Part shown: one piece after another, positions 38,905 to 49,701 of the stretch
Layout: every line of letters starts with the position of its first letter
Position numbering within the stretch: the stretch's first letter is position 1
NCBI GenBank assembly: GCA_977020255.1
Contig: CDROCS010004653.1
Location: 1 to 64,000, forward strand
Source: Obrimoposthia wandeli
Lineage: Eukaryota
DNA: 64,000 nucleotides
Reading direction: 5' to 3'
Translations under genes and position numbers: made by a program
The notes under the pieces: model-generated
Database searches by the model: none
Told to the model about the DNA's origin: nothing
The model's input: only the letters and a program-made list of their open reading frames with translations

Positions 38905-40218
38905 CTACAACTTATCTCTTATTGAGTAGTAGCTCATCGCCAGCACTAACCCCGGCCACCTTAATAATGTGCCACCTGGAAAACTTGGGGTTTTCACATT
39001 TGCCATCACATCAAAACGAGCGAGTGTGCCCTGCACTACTTCCGCCATTAGTTTACCGCCTAAAGTGGCCATTCCAATACCGTGACCTGAGTAACCCACT
39101 GCACAAAAAACATTAGAGGCGAGTTTATCGAAATAAGGCATGCGATTAACGGTAATACCTAGGGTCCCACCCCAAGCGTAATCTAACTTCACGCCTTTTA
39201 ACTGTGGATATATTTCGAGCATAGGTTTAGTGACGAATTGTTTGATATCTTGCGGGAATTTAAATCGATAGCTTTCACCACCGCCAAATAACATACGCCT
39301 ATCAGCACTTAATCGAAAATAGTTGATGACAAATTTAGAGTCGGCAACCGCCACATTATCGCGAATAAGATCGCGTGCTTGCGCTTCGCTTAATGGCTGC
39401 GTGGCCGCGATATAATTATTGATGGGCATTATTTTATTGGCGACTTTTTTATCTAAATCATCTAAATAGCCGTTACAAGCGAGTAATACAAAACGCGCTT
39501 TTACCTGCCCGTTTTGTAAAGTCACTAGCGCTGGATCGGTTTTAGTGTAGCTTTTTACTTCTGATTGCTCATAAATAGTCACACCTGCCGCAATCGCAGC
39601 CTTAGCAAGACCTAAAGCATAGTTAAGCGGATGCAAATGCGCAGATTGGCTATCTAAACTGCCACCGTGGTAAGCATCTGATCCCACCATCTGTCTAATT
39701 TCATCACGCTCGATAAAACGTATATCCTGATACTGATAATCACGTTGTAACTTTGCAACATATTCGCGGGTTTCAGGCACATATTTGGCTTTGTGATCAG
39801 CATGTAAAATGCCGGGCGTTAAATCACACTCAATATTGTGCTCAGCGATTAACGCCTTGCACAAATTAACAGACTCTAAGCCTAGGTCCCATAACTTGCG
39901 CGCATCTTCTTTACCAACCATCTCTTCTAGCACATCTTGCTCGACACGCTGGCCAGTACCTAGCTGGCCACCGTTGCGCCCAGACGCACCCCAACCTACA
40001 CGATGCGCTTCTAAGACAATAACTTTAAAGCCTGATTTAGCTAAATGTAATGCTGCAGATAAACCGCTAAAACCTGCGCCAATAATGCAGACATCTGCCT
40101 CTTCTTTTCCTGCTTGCTGACCTAGGTTTAGTTGCACATTTGCAGTTGCTGCATAATAAGAATCGGGGTATTGCCCTAAGATGTCATTATCATGTAAAAA
40201 GCGGCCAGAAAACGTCAT
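38905..40218 (-). CDS. puuB: FAD-dependent oxidoreductase, gamma-glutamylputrescine oxidase (PuuB)-like
   Basis: SYYAATA, GAGFSG, GASGRNGGQ, HLHPLNYALGLA, YFRLSADRRMLFGG and GYSGHG motifs; polyamine locus context. Confidence 0.8.
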   Translation of the reverse strand: MTFSGRFLHDNDILGQYPDSYYAATANVQLNLGQQAGKEEADVCIIGAGFSGLSAALHLAKSGFKVIVLEAHRVGWGASGRNGGQLGTGQRVEQDVLEEMVGKEDARKLWDLGLESVNLCKALIAEHNIECDLTPGILHADHKAKYVPETREYVAKLQRDYQYQDIRFIERDEIRQMVGSDAYHGGSLDSQSAHLHPLNYALGLAKAAIAAGVTIYEQSEVKSYTKTDPALVTLQNGQVKARFVLLACNGYLDDLDKKVANKIMPINNYIAATQPLSEAQARDLIRDNVAVADSKFVINYFRLSADRRMLFGGGESYRFKFPQDIKQFVTKPMLEIYPQLKGVKLDYAWGGTLGITVNRMPYFDKLASNVFCAVGYSGHGIGMATLGGKLMAEVVQGTLARFDVMANVKTPSFPGGTLLRWPGLVLAMSYYSIRDKL

Positions 40219-40298
40219 AAGGGAACCTTTTTGTGGGAATAAAGTTTCGAGAAGTGAGTTTCGAAGCTACAGACGCACAGTTTATAGCTCGTAGCTTC

Positions 40299-41675
40299 TT
40301 AGCAATAACCTTTCTCTTTCGCTTCTGCTAACGTTAGATCCAAGCAGCGCGTGGCCTTTTCGATCAGCTCATCAACTTCCGCATGGCTGATGGTTAAAGG
40401 TGGAGATATAATCATACTGTCTCCTACGTGGCGCATCACTAAGTTATTATCGAAACAATGCTCCCTGCACATTAGACCGATAGTGCCTTGTTTTGAGCTA
40501 AATGCTGCGCGGGTTGCTTTGTCAGGAGTCAGTTCTATTGCTCCCATTAAACCAATCATGCGCGCCTCACCGACTAGCGGGTGCTCAGCTAGTTTTGCCC
40601 AACGCTCTTGCATGTAAGGACCTATATCATCACGCACTCTTTCTACTAAGCCTTCACGCTCAATAATAGCTAAGTTAGCAAGCGCGGCGGCACAAGCTGC
40701 GGGGTGACCTGAATAAGTAAAGCCGTGGTTGAATTCGCCGCCATCGTCAATCAATACTTTGGCAACCCTATCACTAATCATTACGCCGCCAATCGGTAAA
40801 TAGCCTGAGCTCAAGCCTTTTGCAATCGGCATGAAGTCCGCTTTAATCCCCAGCGTATCGCAACCAAACCAGTTACCGGTGCGCCCAAAACCACAGATCA
40901 CTTCATCGGCAATTAGTAAGATGTCATATTTATCGCAAATTCTTTGAATTTCAGGCCAGTAGCTGGCAGGTGGAATAATAACGCCACCAGCACCTTGAAT
41001 CGGCTCGCCAATAAAAGCGGCCACACGATCGGCACCTAATCGCAAAATTTCTGTTTCTAGTGCTTGAGCGCGTTCTAAGCCAAAAGTTTGCGGATCTGTA
41101 TCCCCGCCTTCGCCATACCAGTATGGCTGATCGATATGCGTAATATTGGCGATCGGTAAATCGCCTTGTTCGTGCATGCCCTTCATGCCACCTAAACTAG
41201 CACCTGCCACAGTAGAGCCGTGGTAAGCATTTTTACGTGAGATCACTACTTTCTTAGTGGCTTGACCTAAACTTGCCCAATAATGACGCACCATTCGCAA
41301 AACAGTATCGTTGGCATCAGAACCGGTACAGGTAAAAAAAGTATGATTAATATGTGCGGGAGCTAGTTGCGCTAATTTTTTAGACAGGGCAATTGCAGGA
41401 GGATGAGAGGTTTGGAAAAACATATTGTAATACGGCAAATCACGCATTTGTTGCGCGGCGGCATCGGCTATTTCATCGCGCCCGTAGCCTACATTTACAC
41501 ACCACAACCCAGCCATACCATCGAGAATTTTATTACCTTGGGAATCCCAAATATAACAGCCATCCGCTTTGGTAATGATACGAGCACCTTTTTGCGCCAA
41601 TTCTTTATTATCTGTAAAAGGTTGTATGTGGTGAGCGGTGTTGGTTTGCTGCAATTGCTCGGTATTAAATGTCAT
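40299..41675 (-). CDS. Class III PLP aminotransferase (SpuC-like putrescine/omega-amine:pyruvate)
   Basis: LDGMAGLWC, AYHGST, GEPIQGAGG, DEVICGFGRTG and AKGLSSGYLP motifs; start 41675 has an AGGAG RBS. Confidence 0.9.
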   Translation of the reverse strand: MTFNTEQLQQTNTAHHIQPFTDNKELAQKGARIITKADGCYIWDSQGNKILDGMAGLWCVNVGYGRDEIADAAAQQMRDLPYYNMFFQTSHPPAIALSKKLAQLAPAHINHTFFTCTGSDANDTVLRMVRHYWASLGQATKKVVISRKNAYHGSTVAGASLGGMKGMHEQGDLPIANITHIDQPYWYGEGGDTDPQTFGLERAQALETEILRLGADRVAAFIGEPIQGAGGVIIPPASYWPEIQRICDKYDILLIADEVICGFGRTGNWFGCDTLGIKADFMPIAKGLSSGYLPIGGVMISDRVAKVLIDDGGEFNHGFTYSGHPAACAAALANLAIIEREGLVERVRDDIGPYMQERWAKLAEHPLVGEARMIGLMGAIELTPDKATRAAFSSKQGTIGLMCREHCFDNNLVMRHVGDSMIISPPLTISHAEVDELIEKATRCLDLTLAEAKEKGYC

Positions 41676-41780
41676 GGTGTTTCTCCTACACTTAGTCATA
41701 CATTAGATGATGTAGACATTGCGTTATTTTTATAAGCGGTGGCTAAAAAATCAAAAACGGTGATTAACGATCCCTGGGGA

Positions 41781-41866
41781 AAGCTCTCTCGTTAGGCTCA
41801 CCTTCACTTTGTGAGCGGGGTATTTACCCTTGATGAATTAGGCTGGGCCTAATTCATCTCTATTAA
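41781..41866 (-). repeat. Intergenic hairpin repeat family 3, short copy
   Basis: Two blocks each about 80% identical to 54462-54499 and 54546-54595; contains the perfect hairpin GATGAATTAGG-N5-CCTAATTCATC. Confidence 0.7.
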
Positions 41867-43272
41867 ACCGTCAACAGCAAATGTTCTCGCTCCCAAGGGC
41901 TAACAACCTGCATGAACTCATCGAATTCATGCTCTTTTAGTTTCAGATAAATACTTGAAAACTGTTCACCTAAAATTTCTTTCAAATCATCACACTGATC
42001 AAATTTAACTAGCGCTTCTTGCAAACCGCGGGGCAATCCGTAATCCGCGTTATAAGCTTCACCAATAAACTCATCTCTAGGCTTAATTGCATTTTTCATA
42101 CCTAAATATCCTGTAGCCAAGCTCACCGCTATTGCGTTATATGGATTGGTATCAACACCGGCGATACGGTTTTCTACGCGGCGTGATTCAGCAGAGCTAT
42201 TAGGTACACGAATACCGGCAGAACGGTTATCAAATGACCACTCTAAATTGATCGGCGCTGAGCCACTTGGCACTAAGCGGCGGTATGAATTTACATAAGG
42301 CGCTAAAATGCAGGTAGCGGCTTCTAAGTATTTTTGATGACCACCGATAAAGTGGTAAAAGTGATCGGTGGCTTTACCATTTTCATCATTAAAAATATTC
42401 TTGCCTGTTACACAATCCACGACTGACTGGTGAATATGCATGGCGCTACCTGGCTGATTAGTCATCGGCTTCGCCATAAATGTGGCATAGCAATCATGCC
42501 TAAGAGCTGCTTCACGAATTAAGCGTTTAAAGAGGAAGACGCTATCGGCCAATACTAATGGGTCACCGTGATCCATATTGATTTCTAGCTGCGCTGCACC
42601 ACCTTCTTGAATTATTGTATCAATGGTTAACCCTTGCGCTTCAGCAAACTGGTAAATGTCTTCAATGATTGGCTCGTACTCATCTATCGCTGCCATTGAA
42701 TAAGATTGGCGCCCCACACTTTGCCTGCCTGAGCGCCCAACAGGTGGCTCAAGTGGCATATCAGGATTTATATTGCGCTTAGTTAAATAAAACTCTAACT
42801 CAGGCGCAACGACTGGCTGCCAGCCCTCTTTTTTATATAACTCAAGAATACGTTTCAGCTGGTTTCTTGGCGCACAAGCTACCGGCTCACCTGATACGTA
42901 ATGGATATCGTGTATTACATGTAAACTTGGGTAACGCGCCCATGGAATTTCGCGAATAGTACTCAAATCAGGAATCAGCAACATATCTGTTTCAGTATCG
43001 TAATCTGCTGAATCATAATCGATGTATTGGCCCGTTATACTCTGGAAAAAAATACTAAAGGGCAAAAATGTCTGTGTTGATGCTGCAAATTTAACGGCGG
43101 GCATCGCCTTGCCCCTTGCCACCCCATGGAAGTCTGGAACAGTACACTCTACCTCATCTATTTTATGACGCGACATAAAAGCACGTAGCTCCTCTGCTTG
43201 TGTCGGGAGCTGATTGAGGTCGATATTTAAACTGTTGCTATCATTCATAAGGTATCCAATATTGTCAGGCAA
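41863..43272 (-). CDS. Glutamine synthetase-like gamma-glutamylpolyamine ligase (PuuA/SpuB-like)
   Basis: ELEFY, EGGAAQLEIN, GSAMHIHQS, NSYRRL, DNRSAG.RVP and RVENR motifs. Confidence 0.9.
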   Translation of the reverse strand: MPDNIGYLMNDSNSLNIDLNQLPTQAEELRAFMSRHKIDEVECTVPDFHGVARGKAMPAVKFAASTQTFLPFSIFFQSITGQYIDYDSADYDTETDMLLIPDLSTIREIPWARYPSLHVIHDIHYVSGEPVACAPRNQLKRILELYKKEGWQPVVAPELEFYLTKRNINPDMPLEPPVGRSGRQSVGRQSYSMAAIDEYEPIIEDIYQFAEAQGLTIDTIIQEGGAAQLEINMDHGDPLVLADSVFLFKRLIREAALRHDCYATFMAKPMTNQPGSAMHIHQSVVDCVTGKNIFNDENGKATDHFYHFIGGHQKYLEAATCILAPYVNSYRRLVPSGSAPINLEWSFDNRSAGIRVPNSSAESRRVENRIAGVDTNPYNAIAVSLATGYLGMKNAIKPRDEFIGEAYNADYGLPRGLQEALVKFDQCDDLKEILGEQFSSIYLKLKEHEFDEFMQVVSPWEREHLLLTV

Positions 43273-43428
43273 ATTGAAAGGAATTAGCTGTAGGTATTAC
43301 TGCGTTAGCTTAGCTATTTTTAACGGGCGTAGCAGAAAAACATTAATCATTGAAATGTCTGAAAATTCACATAAAAGTAAAACATCCATTGCATGGCTAT
43401 TGTTTCGCAGCAGTCGTTAGTTTTTTTA

Positions 43429-43443
43429 TTTTGTGATCACATT
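43429..43443. promoter_or_regulatory. Candidate GntR operator, site 1
   Basis: TTTTGTGATCACATT upstream of the ligase/aminotransferase/oxidase operon; near-identical to site 2. Confidence 0.6.
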
Positions 43444-43544
43444 CTGAGAGCGATCAAAAATAAAGTCAATGTTTTTTAGCAGATAATTACTTTCAGACGC
43501 TGCGCAAGGATAAAAAAAATTCATCGAATAAGTAATAAAGCTGG

Positions 43545-44222
43545 CTACAGCAGTGTATTACTAGCACCGATAAAGGTCATTCCCTGTTGGATATCTTCCA
43601 TGATGGCGTTTTTAAATCCTATGGTATCCCTATTTTCTAAAGCTTTAGTGGCCACACGGTGTTGGTCATCTAAAGCAGAGGTGCCTATATGGCTATAAAC
43701 CTGTCGCATATAAGGGCCAAATTGTAACCACAAGCTATCCACTAAACTAAGTAAAACATCGTTATTAGCTAAGCGATAAATCAGAAAATGGAATTCATAA
43801 TTGCCACGCATATATCCAGCTAAATCACCGCTTTCAAGTGCAAGATCTGTTTTTTTATCAATTATTATCAAAGAGTTAATTTCATTATCTTTAATATTTA
43901 TCATCGCTAAGCTAGCCAGTTCTGGCTCTAACATTAAACGTGCATGGCGAATTTCTTGAAAGCGCTTAGCGGTCATTTCTGGAATAGCAACACGGCGATT
44001 ATCTTGTAAATTAAGTGCTCTTTCAGCGATTAAACGACGTACTGTTTCTCTCACCGGCGTAGGGCTTACATCCAGTGATTCTGCCAATCCACGCAAAGTA
44101 ACTGGGCGACCTGGTAACATATCGCCAAACAATATTTTCTCGCGCAATGCTCTATATGTTGATTCGTTAACCGTGAGATTACTACTGCTTGGCTGCATGT
44201 TGAGATCCAATGTAAAAAACAA
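43545..44222 (-). CDS. GntR-family (FCD domain) regulator
   Basis: LRGLAESLDVSPTPVRETVRRL HTH; NYEFHFLIY. Confidence 0.92.
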   Translation of the reverse strand: MFFTLDLNMQPSSSNLTVNESTYRALREKILFGDMLPGRPVTLRGLAESLDVSPTPVRETVRRLIAERALNLQDNRRVAIPEMTAKRFQEIRHARLMLEPELASLAMINIKDNEINSLIIIDKKTDLALESGDLAGYMRGNYEFHFLIYRLANNDVLLSLVDSLWLQFGPYMRQVYSHIGTSALDDQHRVATKALENRDTIGFKNAIMEDIQQGMTFIGASNTLL

Positions 44223-44297
44223 GATAGTATAGTAAGTGCCGATAATTAGAGAGGCAAAATAACAATATTTTCAAAAACGCTCAAAATAAAACCAATT

Positions 44298-44311
44298 TTT
44301 GTGATCACAAA
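44298..44311. promoter_or_regulatory. Candidate GntR operator, site 2
   Basis: Perfect palindrome TTTGTGATCACAAA between the divergent gntR and potF. Confidence 0.65.
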
Positions 44312-44359
44312 TGTTGATTAGTTAGCGTAAATATGAGATTTTAACTTTAGCGAAAAACC

Positions 44360-45502
44360 TTGAACTTCAAAAAAACAATAGACGGGGAAGGTAGCATGTT
44401 AAAAAAATGGGCATTGAAAAAAACGCTAGTAAGCACTGCAGTAGGCTTATCGTTACTAGCGGGCGGTGCAAGCGCCGCTGATAAAGTAGTGAATGTATAT
44501 AATTGGTCTGATTATATTGATGAATCTATTATTACTGACTTTGAAAAAGAAACCGGCATCAAAGTAAATTACGATGTTTTTGATTCCAATGAAATCCTAG
44601 AAACCAAAATGCTAACAGGCTCTTCCGGCTACGATGTTGTTACCCCATCCGGTGCTTTTTTAAAGCGCCAAATTCAAGCAGGTATTTTCCAAAAACTCGA
44701 CAAGTCTAAACTAACGAATTTAAAAAATGCTTGGGATGACATCCAAAAAGTCACTTCTGCATATGACCCAGACAATGCCCACTCTATCAATTATATGTGG
44801 GGTACAACAGGTATAGGGTTTGTTAAATCTAAAGTGGAAGAGCGGATTAAAGATGCCCCACTAAACTCTTACAGCCTGATTTTCGACCCGGCCAATGCAG
44901 CACAACTCGCTGATTGCGGTATTTATATACTAGATGCACCCACCGAAACACTGCCCGCTGCCCTTAAATACTTAGGATTAGATCCGAACTCGAAAGATAA
45001 AGCTGACATCAAAAAAGCGGAAAAAGTATTCAACGATGTACGCCAATATGTGCGTAAATTCCACTCATCTGAATTTATCAGCGCACTCGCCAATGGTGAT
45101 GCTTGTGTTGCTCTAGGTTGGTCTGGAGATATTTTACAAGCAAGAGACCGCGCCATTGAAGCTAACAACGGTATAGAAGTTGGCTATCGTATCCCTAAAG
45201 AAGGTGCGCAAGTTTGGTTTGATCAAATGGCGATCCCTGAAGATGCTAAGAACGTTGAAGAAGCGCATATCTTTCTCAATTACATGTTGCGCCCTGAAGT
45301 TATCGCTAAATCAACCAATTATATTAACTACGCTAACGGCAACAAAGCATCACAAAAGTTTGTCGACAAGGCTATTTTAGAAGATCTTGCAATCTACCCA
45401 GACAGCGAAACAATGAAGACCCTGTTCACGCATACTGCGGATGGACCTAAATATACTCGCTTTTTAAACCGTACTTGGACACGCATCAAAACCGGCCAAT
45501 AA
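44360..45502 (+). CDS. potF: Putrescine/polyamine ABC substrate-binding protein
   Basis: VYNWSDYI, FDSNE.LETK, YMWGTTGIG, WSGDI, PKEGAQVWFD and F.NYMLRPEV motifs; probable start 44396. Confidence 0.93.
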   Translation: MNFKKTIDGEGSMLKKWALKKTLVSTAVGLSLLAGGASAADKVVNVYNWSDYIDESIITDFEKETGIKVNYDVFDSNEILETKMLTGSSGYDVVTPSGAFLKRQIQAGIFQKLDKSKLTNLKNAWDDIQKVTSAYDPDNAHSINYMWGTTGIGFVKSKVEERIKDAPLNSYSLIFDPANAAQLADCGIYILDAPTETLPAALKYLGLDPNSKDKADIKKAEKVFNDVRQYVRKFHSSEFISALANGDACVALGWSGDILQARDRAIEANNGIEVGYRIPKEGAQVWFDQMAIPEDAKNVEEAHIFLNYMLRPEVIAKSTNYINYANGNKASQKFVDKAILEDLAIYPDSETMKTLFTHTADGPKYTRFLNRTWTRIKTGQ

Positions 45503-45705
45503 GCTAAAACTACCGCTCTTCGCTCTTACCATTATCGGTAGGAGCGAGTACTTTTAAGAGCATAATGAGGCTTTGGCTTTATCTATAACACTATTATTTA
45601 TAGCCTCTCTAATTTGGTAATTAACTTATTTAGCACAATTACCCGCTTTGAATCCAAAGCGAGTGTTAGTAGCAGTCTACACAAGTAATTTAGACATTAG
45701 GTATC

Positions 45706-46866
45706 TTGATGAATTCTTCAGAAAAAGCGAATACCAGTTCAGAGTATGCCCCCTGGCTTGATGATAGTGTCAAACCCATTATACGTTTTGAGAATGTCAC
45801 CAAAAAATATGGCGACTTCACTGCAATTGATAACCTCACGTTAAATATCTACGAGCGAGAATTTTATTCATTACTTGGCCCCTCAGGCTGTGGAAAGACC
45901 ACTTTAATGCGCTTATTAGCTGGGTTTGAAACACCTACTAGTGGGCGTATTTTCATCGGTGATGAAGACATGTCAACAGTGCCGCCCAACAAGCGCCCGG
46001 TGAATATGATGTTCCAATCTTATGCATTGTTTCCGCATATGACCGTCGCCGACAATATCGCTTTTGGCTTGAAACAAGAAAAACGACCTGCCAAAGAAAT
46101 TCGCAAAAGAGTTAATGAGATGCTGGCACTAGTGCAGCTTGAGGCACTGGCAAATCGCAAGCCACAGCAATTATCAGGCGGGCAAAGACAACGTGTTGCG
46201 TTAGCTCGCGCACTAGCTAAAAAGCCAAAACTGTTATTGCTAGATGAGCCTTTAGGCGCACTGGATAAAAAGCTACGTGAGCAAACCCAGTTTGAACTCA
46301 TGAACTTACAAGAAGATTTAGGCGTCACTTTTGTTATCGTCACCCATGACCAAGAAGAAGCGATGACGGTTTCTAGCCGAATCGCCATCATGAATCACGG
46401 ACAAGTCATGCAAGTTGACACCCCCGATATGATTTATGAAATGCCTAAGTCTCGCTATGTTGCTGACTTTATTGGTGATGTAAATATCATTGAAGGCATC
46501 TGCATTAAAACGGAAACCAATACTAAAACCAACAGCGCACATTTTTCAACACTCACTCAAAGTAACTTAATTGCTAATACCGAAAAAGTGTTAAACGTAG
46601 ACGACAAAGTTTGGTTAGCACTGCGCCCTGAGAAGATCGAAATCAGTAAAGAGAAACCACAAGAGCAACAAAACTTAATCAAAGGAAAAGTATGGGATAT
46701 TGCCTATATCGGCAATACTTCTACATATCATGTACAGCTTGAAGATGGCAGCACTATCAAAGCGCAACGCGTTAACCGCAATAGACTAAACAAGCGTTCA
46801 ATCACTTGGGAAGATGAAGTGTGGTTGTATTGGAACTTAGATGCTTGTGTCGTACTAACCCAATAG
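45706..46866 (+). CDS. potG: Polyamine ABC ATPase
   Basis: GPSGCGKT, LSGGQRQRVALARAL, LLDEPLGALDKKLRE and a TOBE-type C-terminus. Confidence 0.92.
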   Translation: MMNSSEKANTSSEYAPWLDDSVKPIIRFENVTKKYGDFTAIDNLTLNIYEREFYSLLGPSGCGKTTLMRLLAGFETPTSGRIFIGDEDMSTVPPNKRPVNMMFQSYALFPHMTVADNIAFGLKQEKRPAKEIRKRVNEMLALVQLEALANRKPQQLSGGQRQRVALARALAKKPKLLLLDEPLGALDKKLREQTQFELMNLQEDLGVTFVIVTHDQEEAMTVSSRIAIMNHGQVMQVDTPDMIYEMPKSRYVADFIGDVNIIEGICIKTETNTKTNSAHFSTLTQSNLIANTEKVLNVDDKVWLALRPEKIEISKEKPQEQQNLIKGKVWDIAYIGNTSTYHVQLEDGSTIKAQRVNRNRLNKRSITWEDEVWLYWNLDACVVLTQ

Positions 46867-47783
46867 GTGATGCTATGAGTAATCGTATAAATTGGGGACG
46901 CACCTTACTAATCGCCATTCCTTTTATTTGGCTGTTAGTGCTGTTTCTACTGCCCTTCGTCTCTGTTATTAAAATGTCACTCTCAGATATGGCCACGGCG
47001 AAACCGCCTTATGCACCTGTCTATAATAGTGAAGCCGGCCTGCTGGGTATTTGGCAGTTAATCAGCGAATTTGATCTAGAAAACTATATCTGGTTAGCGG
47101 AAGATGATTTGTACTGGCGCTCATATCTATCCAGTTTAAAAATAGCTTTAATCTCAACCTTCTTCACACTATTAATCGGCTTCCCCATTGCCTATGGCAT
47201 GGCCAAAACACCAAGCCAATGGCGTGCTACGCTAGTGATGCTGATCATATTACCGTTTTGGACTAGCTTTCTAATTAGAGTTTACGCTTGGATTGGTATT
47301 TTAAAACAACAAGGCCTGCTCAATAATTTCTTAATTTATATAGGCGTTATTGATCAACCCTTAATTATCTTGAATACTGATATCGCGGTGTATATCGGCA
47401 TTGTCTACTCCTATCTGCCTTTTATGGTACTGCCACTGTATGCAACATTGGAAAAGCTCGATTACAGCTTATTAGAAGCGGCATTAGATCTTGGCTGCTC
47501 ACGTTTAAAAACTTTCTGGGTGATCATTGTGCCACTGGCAATGCCGGGCATTTATGCTGGTTGCTTTTTAGTATTTATTCCCGCGATGGGCGAGTTTGTA
47601 ATACCTGATTTACTCGGCGGATCATCGACATTGATGATAGGTAAAACACTGTGGGGTGAGTTCTTTAACAACCGAGATTGGCCTGTTTCCTCAGCGGTTG
47701 CGGTAGTGTTATTACTCTTGCTTATTGTACCGATAGTGCTCTTTCAAAAAATGCAAGAGCGCCAATTAAAGGGAGAGTCATAA
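46821..47783 (+). CDS. potH: Polyamine ABC permease
   Basis: LPFWTSFLIRVYAW and LLEAALDLG motifs; probable start MSNRINW. Confidence 0.9.
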   Translation: MVVLELRCLCRTNPIGDAMSNRINWGRTLLIAIPFIWLLVLFLLPFVSVIKMSLSDMATAKPPYAPVYNSEAGLLGIWQLISEFDLENYIWLAEDDLYWRSYLSSLKIALISTFFTLLIGFPIAYGMAKTPSQWRATLVMLIILPFWTSFLIRVYAWIGILKQQGLLNNFLIYIGVIDQPLIILNTDIAVYIGIVYSYLPFMVLPLYATLEKLDYSLLEAALDLGCSRLKTFWVIIVPLAMPGIYAGCFLVFIPAMGEFVIPDLLGGSSTLMIGKTLWGEFFNNRDWPVSSAVAVVLLLLLIVPIVLFQKMQERQLKGES

Positions 47784-48607
47784 TGAATGTGAATCGCTTT
47801 AGCTGGTTTAATATTACCTCTTTAACCTTAGGTTTTGCATTTTTGTATATTCCTATTTTATTGCTGATTATCTTTAGCTTTAACAAATCAAAATTAGTCA
47901 CGGTCTGGGGAGGTTTTTCTACTAAATGGTACACCAGCTTATTTCAAAACGATGCCTTTATGGACGCCGCTTGGATGACCGTTAAAGTAGCAGTAGTCAG
48001 CGCTAGCTTTGCCACTGTACTTGGCACGTTGGCGGCTTTGGTACTATTGCGCGGCGGCGCTTTCAAAGGTAAAACGCTGTTCTCAAGCATGATTTACGCA
48101 CCCTTAGTAATGCCCGAAGTTATTACTGGTTTATCACTGTTACTGCTATTTGTTGCTTTAGGTTTAGATCGTGGATTTTGGACTATCACCATGGCACACA
48201 TCACTTTTTCAATGTGTTATGTAGCAGTGGTGGTATCTGCCAGATTAGTCACTTTTGATCAATCCTTAGAAGAGGCGGCATTAGATTTAGGCTGCAATAA
48301 GCTCTCGGCCTTTTTACAAGTGACCCTGCCAATAATAGCGCCTTCTATCATCGCCGCTTGGCTACTTGCGTTTACGCTGTCATTAGATGATTTAGTGATC
48401 GCATCTTTCACTTCAGGGCCCGGTGCTACTACTTTGCCAATGAAAATTTACTCGCAAGTACGCTTAGGCTTAAAGCCCGAAATTAACGCCTTATCCACTA
48501 TTCTAATTGTAATTGTCTCCTTTGGAGTGGTGCTCGCTTCTTTGATTACCAAAAAGGCAGCCCTAAAAAAGAGCCGATACGAACAACAAGCAAACGCTGA
48601 AGCCTAA
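47678..48607 (+). CDS. potI: Polyamine ABC permease
   Basis: FLYIPI, PLVMPEVITG, SLEEAALDLG and LSLDDLVI motifs; probable start MNVNRF. Confidence 0.9.
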   Translation: MACFLSGCGSVITLAYCTDSALSKNARAPIKGRVIMNVNRFSWFNITSLTLGFAFLYIPILLLIIFSFNKSKLVTVWGGFSTKWYTSLFQNDAFMDAAWMTVKVAVVSASFATVLGTLAALVLLRGGAFKGKTLFSSMIYAPLVMPEVITGLSLLLLFVALGLDRGFWTITMAHITFSMCYVAVVVSARLVTFDQSLEEAALDLGCNKLSAFLQVTLPIIAPSIIAAWLLAFTLSLDDLVIASFTSGPGATTLPMKIYSQVRLGLKPEINALSTILIVIVSFGVVLASLITKKAALKKSRYEQQANAEA

Positions 48608-48616
48608 GGAACACAG

Positions 48617-49621
48617 ATGGATACTATTAACCAACCTGTAGAACTTGATGAGTTCTCTAACATTGATCTTGCGGTTACCCGTGACAGCTATTATGGCACC
48701 ATAGGCGAGCCCGTTTACAGTGGTGTATTAAGCTTTATGCGCCGTAAATACAGCAAAGATTTAACGGGTGTTGATGTAGCTGTTGTCGGTGTTCCCTTTG
48801 ATTTATCGGTTACTAATCGCCCTGGGGCTCGCTTTGGGCCACGCGCCATACGTGAAGCGTCAGCGCAACTTGCCTGGGGGAAAGCATGGGGTTGGGGTGT
48901 TGATCCTTTTGACAAGCTCAGCGTTGTCGATTGGGGTGATTGCTTATTTGATCCCGGGCGCCCTGCACAAATACCCGCCGTTTTAGAGCGCCAGTTTAGC
49001 CAAATACTCGCGCAAGATGTGGCAACATTGGCTATTGGTGGCGATCACTTCGTCACTTACCCAATATTACAAGCGCATGCTAAAAAGCACGGTAAACTCT
49101 CGTTGATTCACTTTGATGCACACTGCGATACCTGGCGCGATGACGAAGGACGTATTGATCACGGCACGATGTTTTTTCATGCGGCTCAACAAGGTATTAT
49201 CGACCCACAAAGCTCTGCACAAATTGGTATTCGCACCCATAATAGTGAAACCCATGGTTTTAATATTTACGATGCAGATTTAGTGAGAAAGCTAGGAGTA
49301 CCCGCAATCATAAAAAGAGTACGTGAAGTGGTTGGCGACAACCCTTGTTACCTCACGTTTGATATTGATTGCCTAGACCCCTCTTGCGCACCCGGTACCG
49401 GCACTCCAGTAGTGGGCGGTATGCAAACGGCCGAAGCGTTAGAGCTACTGCGCGGCCTTGCAGGTATTAATATTGTGGGAATGGATTTAGTTGAAGTCTC
49501 TCCAAGTTATGATGTGGGTCAAATTACTTCTTTAGCAGGGGCCACCATTGCACTAAATTTACTATGTTTATTTGCAGCAGCCCAAACTAGGAACGAACCA
49601 ATAGCGCCTGTTAATAAATAA
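48617..49621 (+). CDS. speB: Agmatinase
   Basis: GGDHFVT, HFDAHCD, DHGT and TFDIDCLDP Mn-binding ureohydrolase motifs. Confidence 0.9.
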   Translation: MDTINQPVELDEFSNIDLAVTRDSYYGTIGEPVYSGVLSFMRRKYSKDLTGVDVAVVGVPFDLSVTNRPGARFGPRAIREASAQLAWGKAWGWGVDPFDKLSVVDWGDCLFDPGRPAQIPAVLERQFSQILAQDVATLAIGGDHFVTYPILQAHAKKHGKLSLIHFDAHCDTWRDDEGRIDHGTMFFHAAQQGIIDPQSSAQIGIRTHNSETHGFNIYDADLVRKLGVPAIIKRVREVVGDNPCYLTFDIDCLDPSCAPGTGTPVVGGMQTAEALELLRGLAGINIVGMDLVEVSPSYDVGQITSLAGATIALNLLCLFAAAQTRNEPIAPVNK

Positions 49622-49701
49622 GCTCAACGAATTACTCCAAGTGATATAAGGCTCTTATATCACCCTGTATAAATGAATGAATAAACGAATAGAGAAGTAT
49701 T

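Noticed and set aside
41781-41866. Glycine or other known riboswitch
   Set aside because: Only short GAAGG-like similarity; the conserved core was not found and the second copy precedes an unrelated gene
44298-44311. TGTGA/TCACA as a CRP site
   Set aside because: CRP needs a 6-bp spacer between half-sites; here there is none, so a GntR operator fits better
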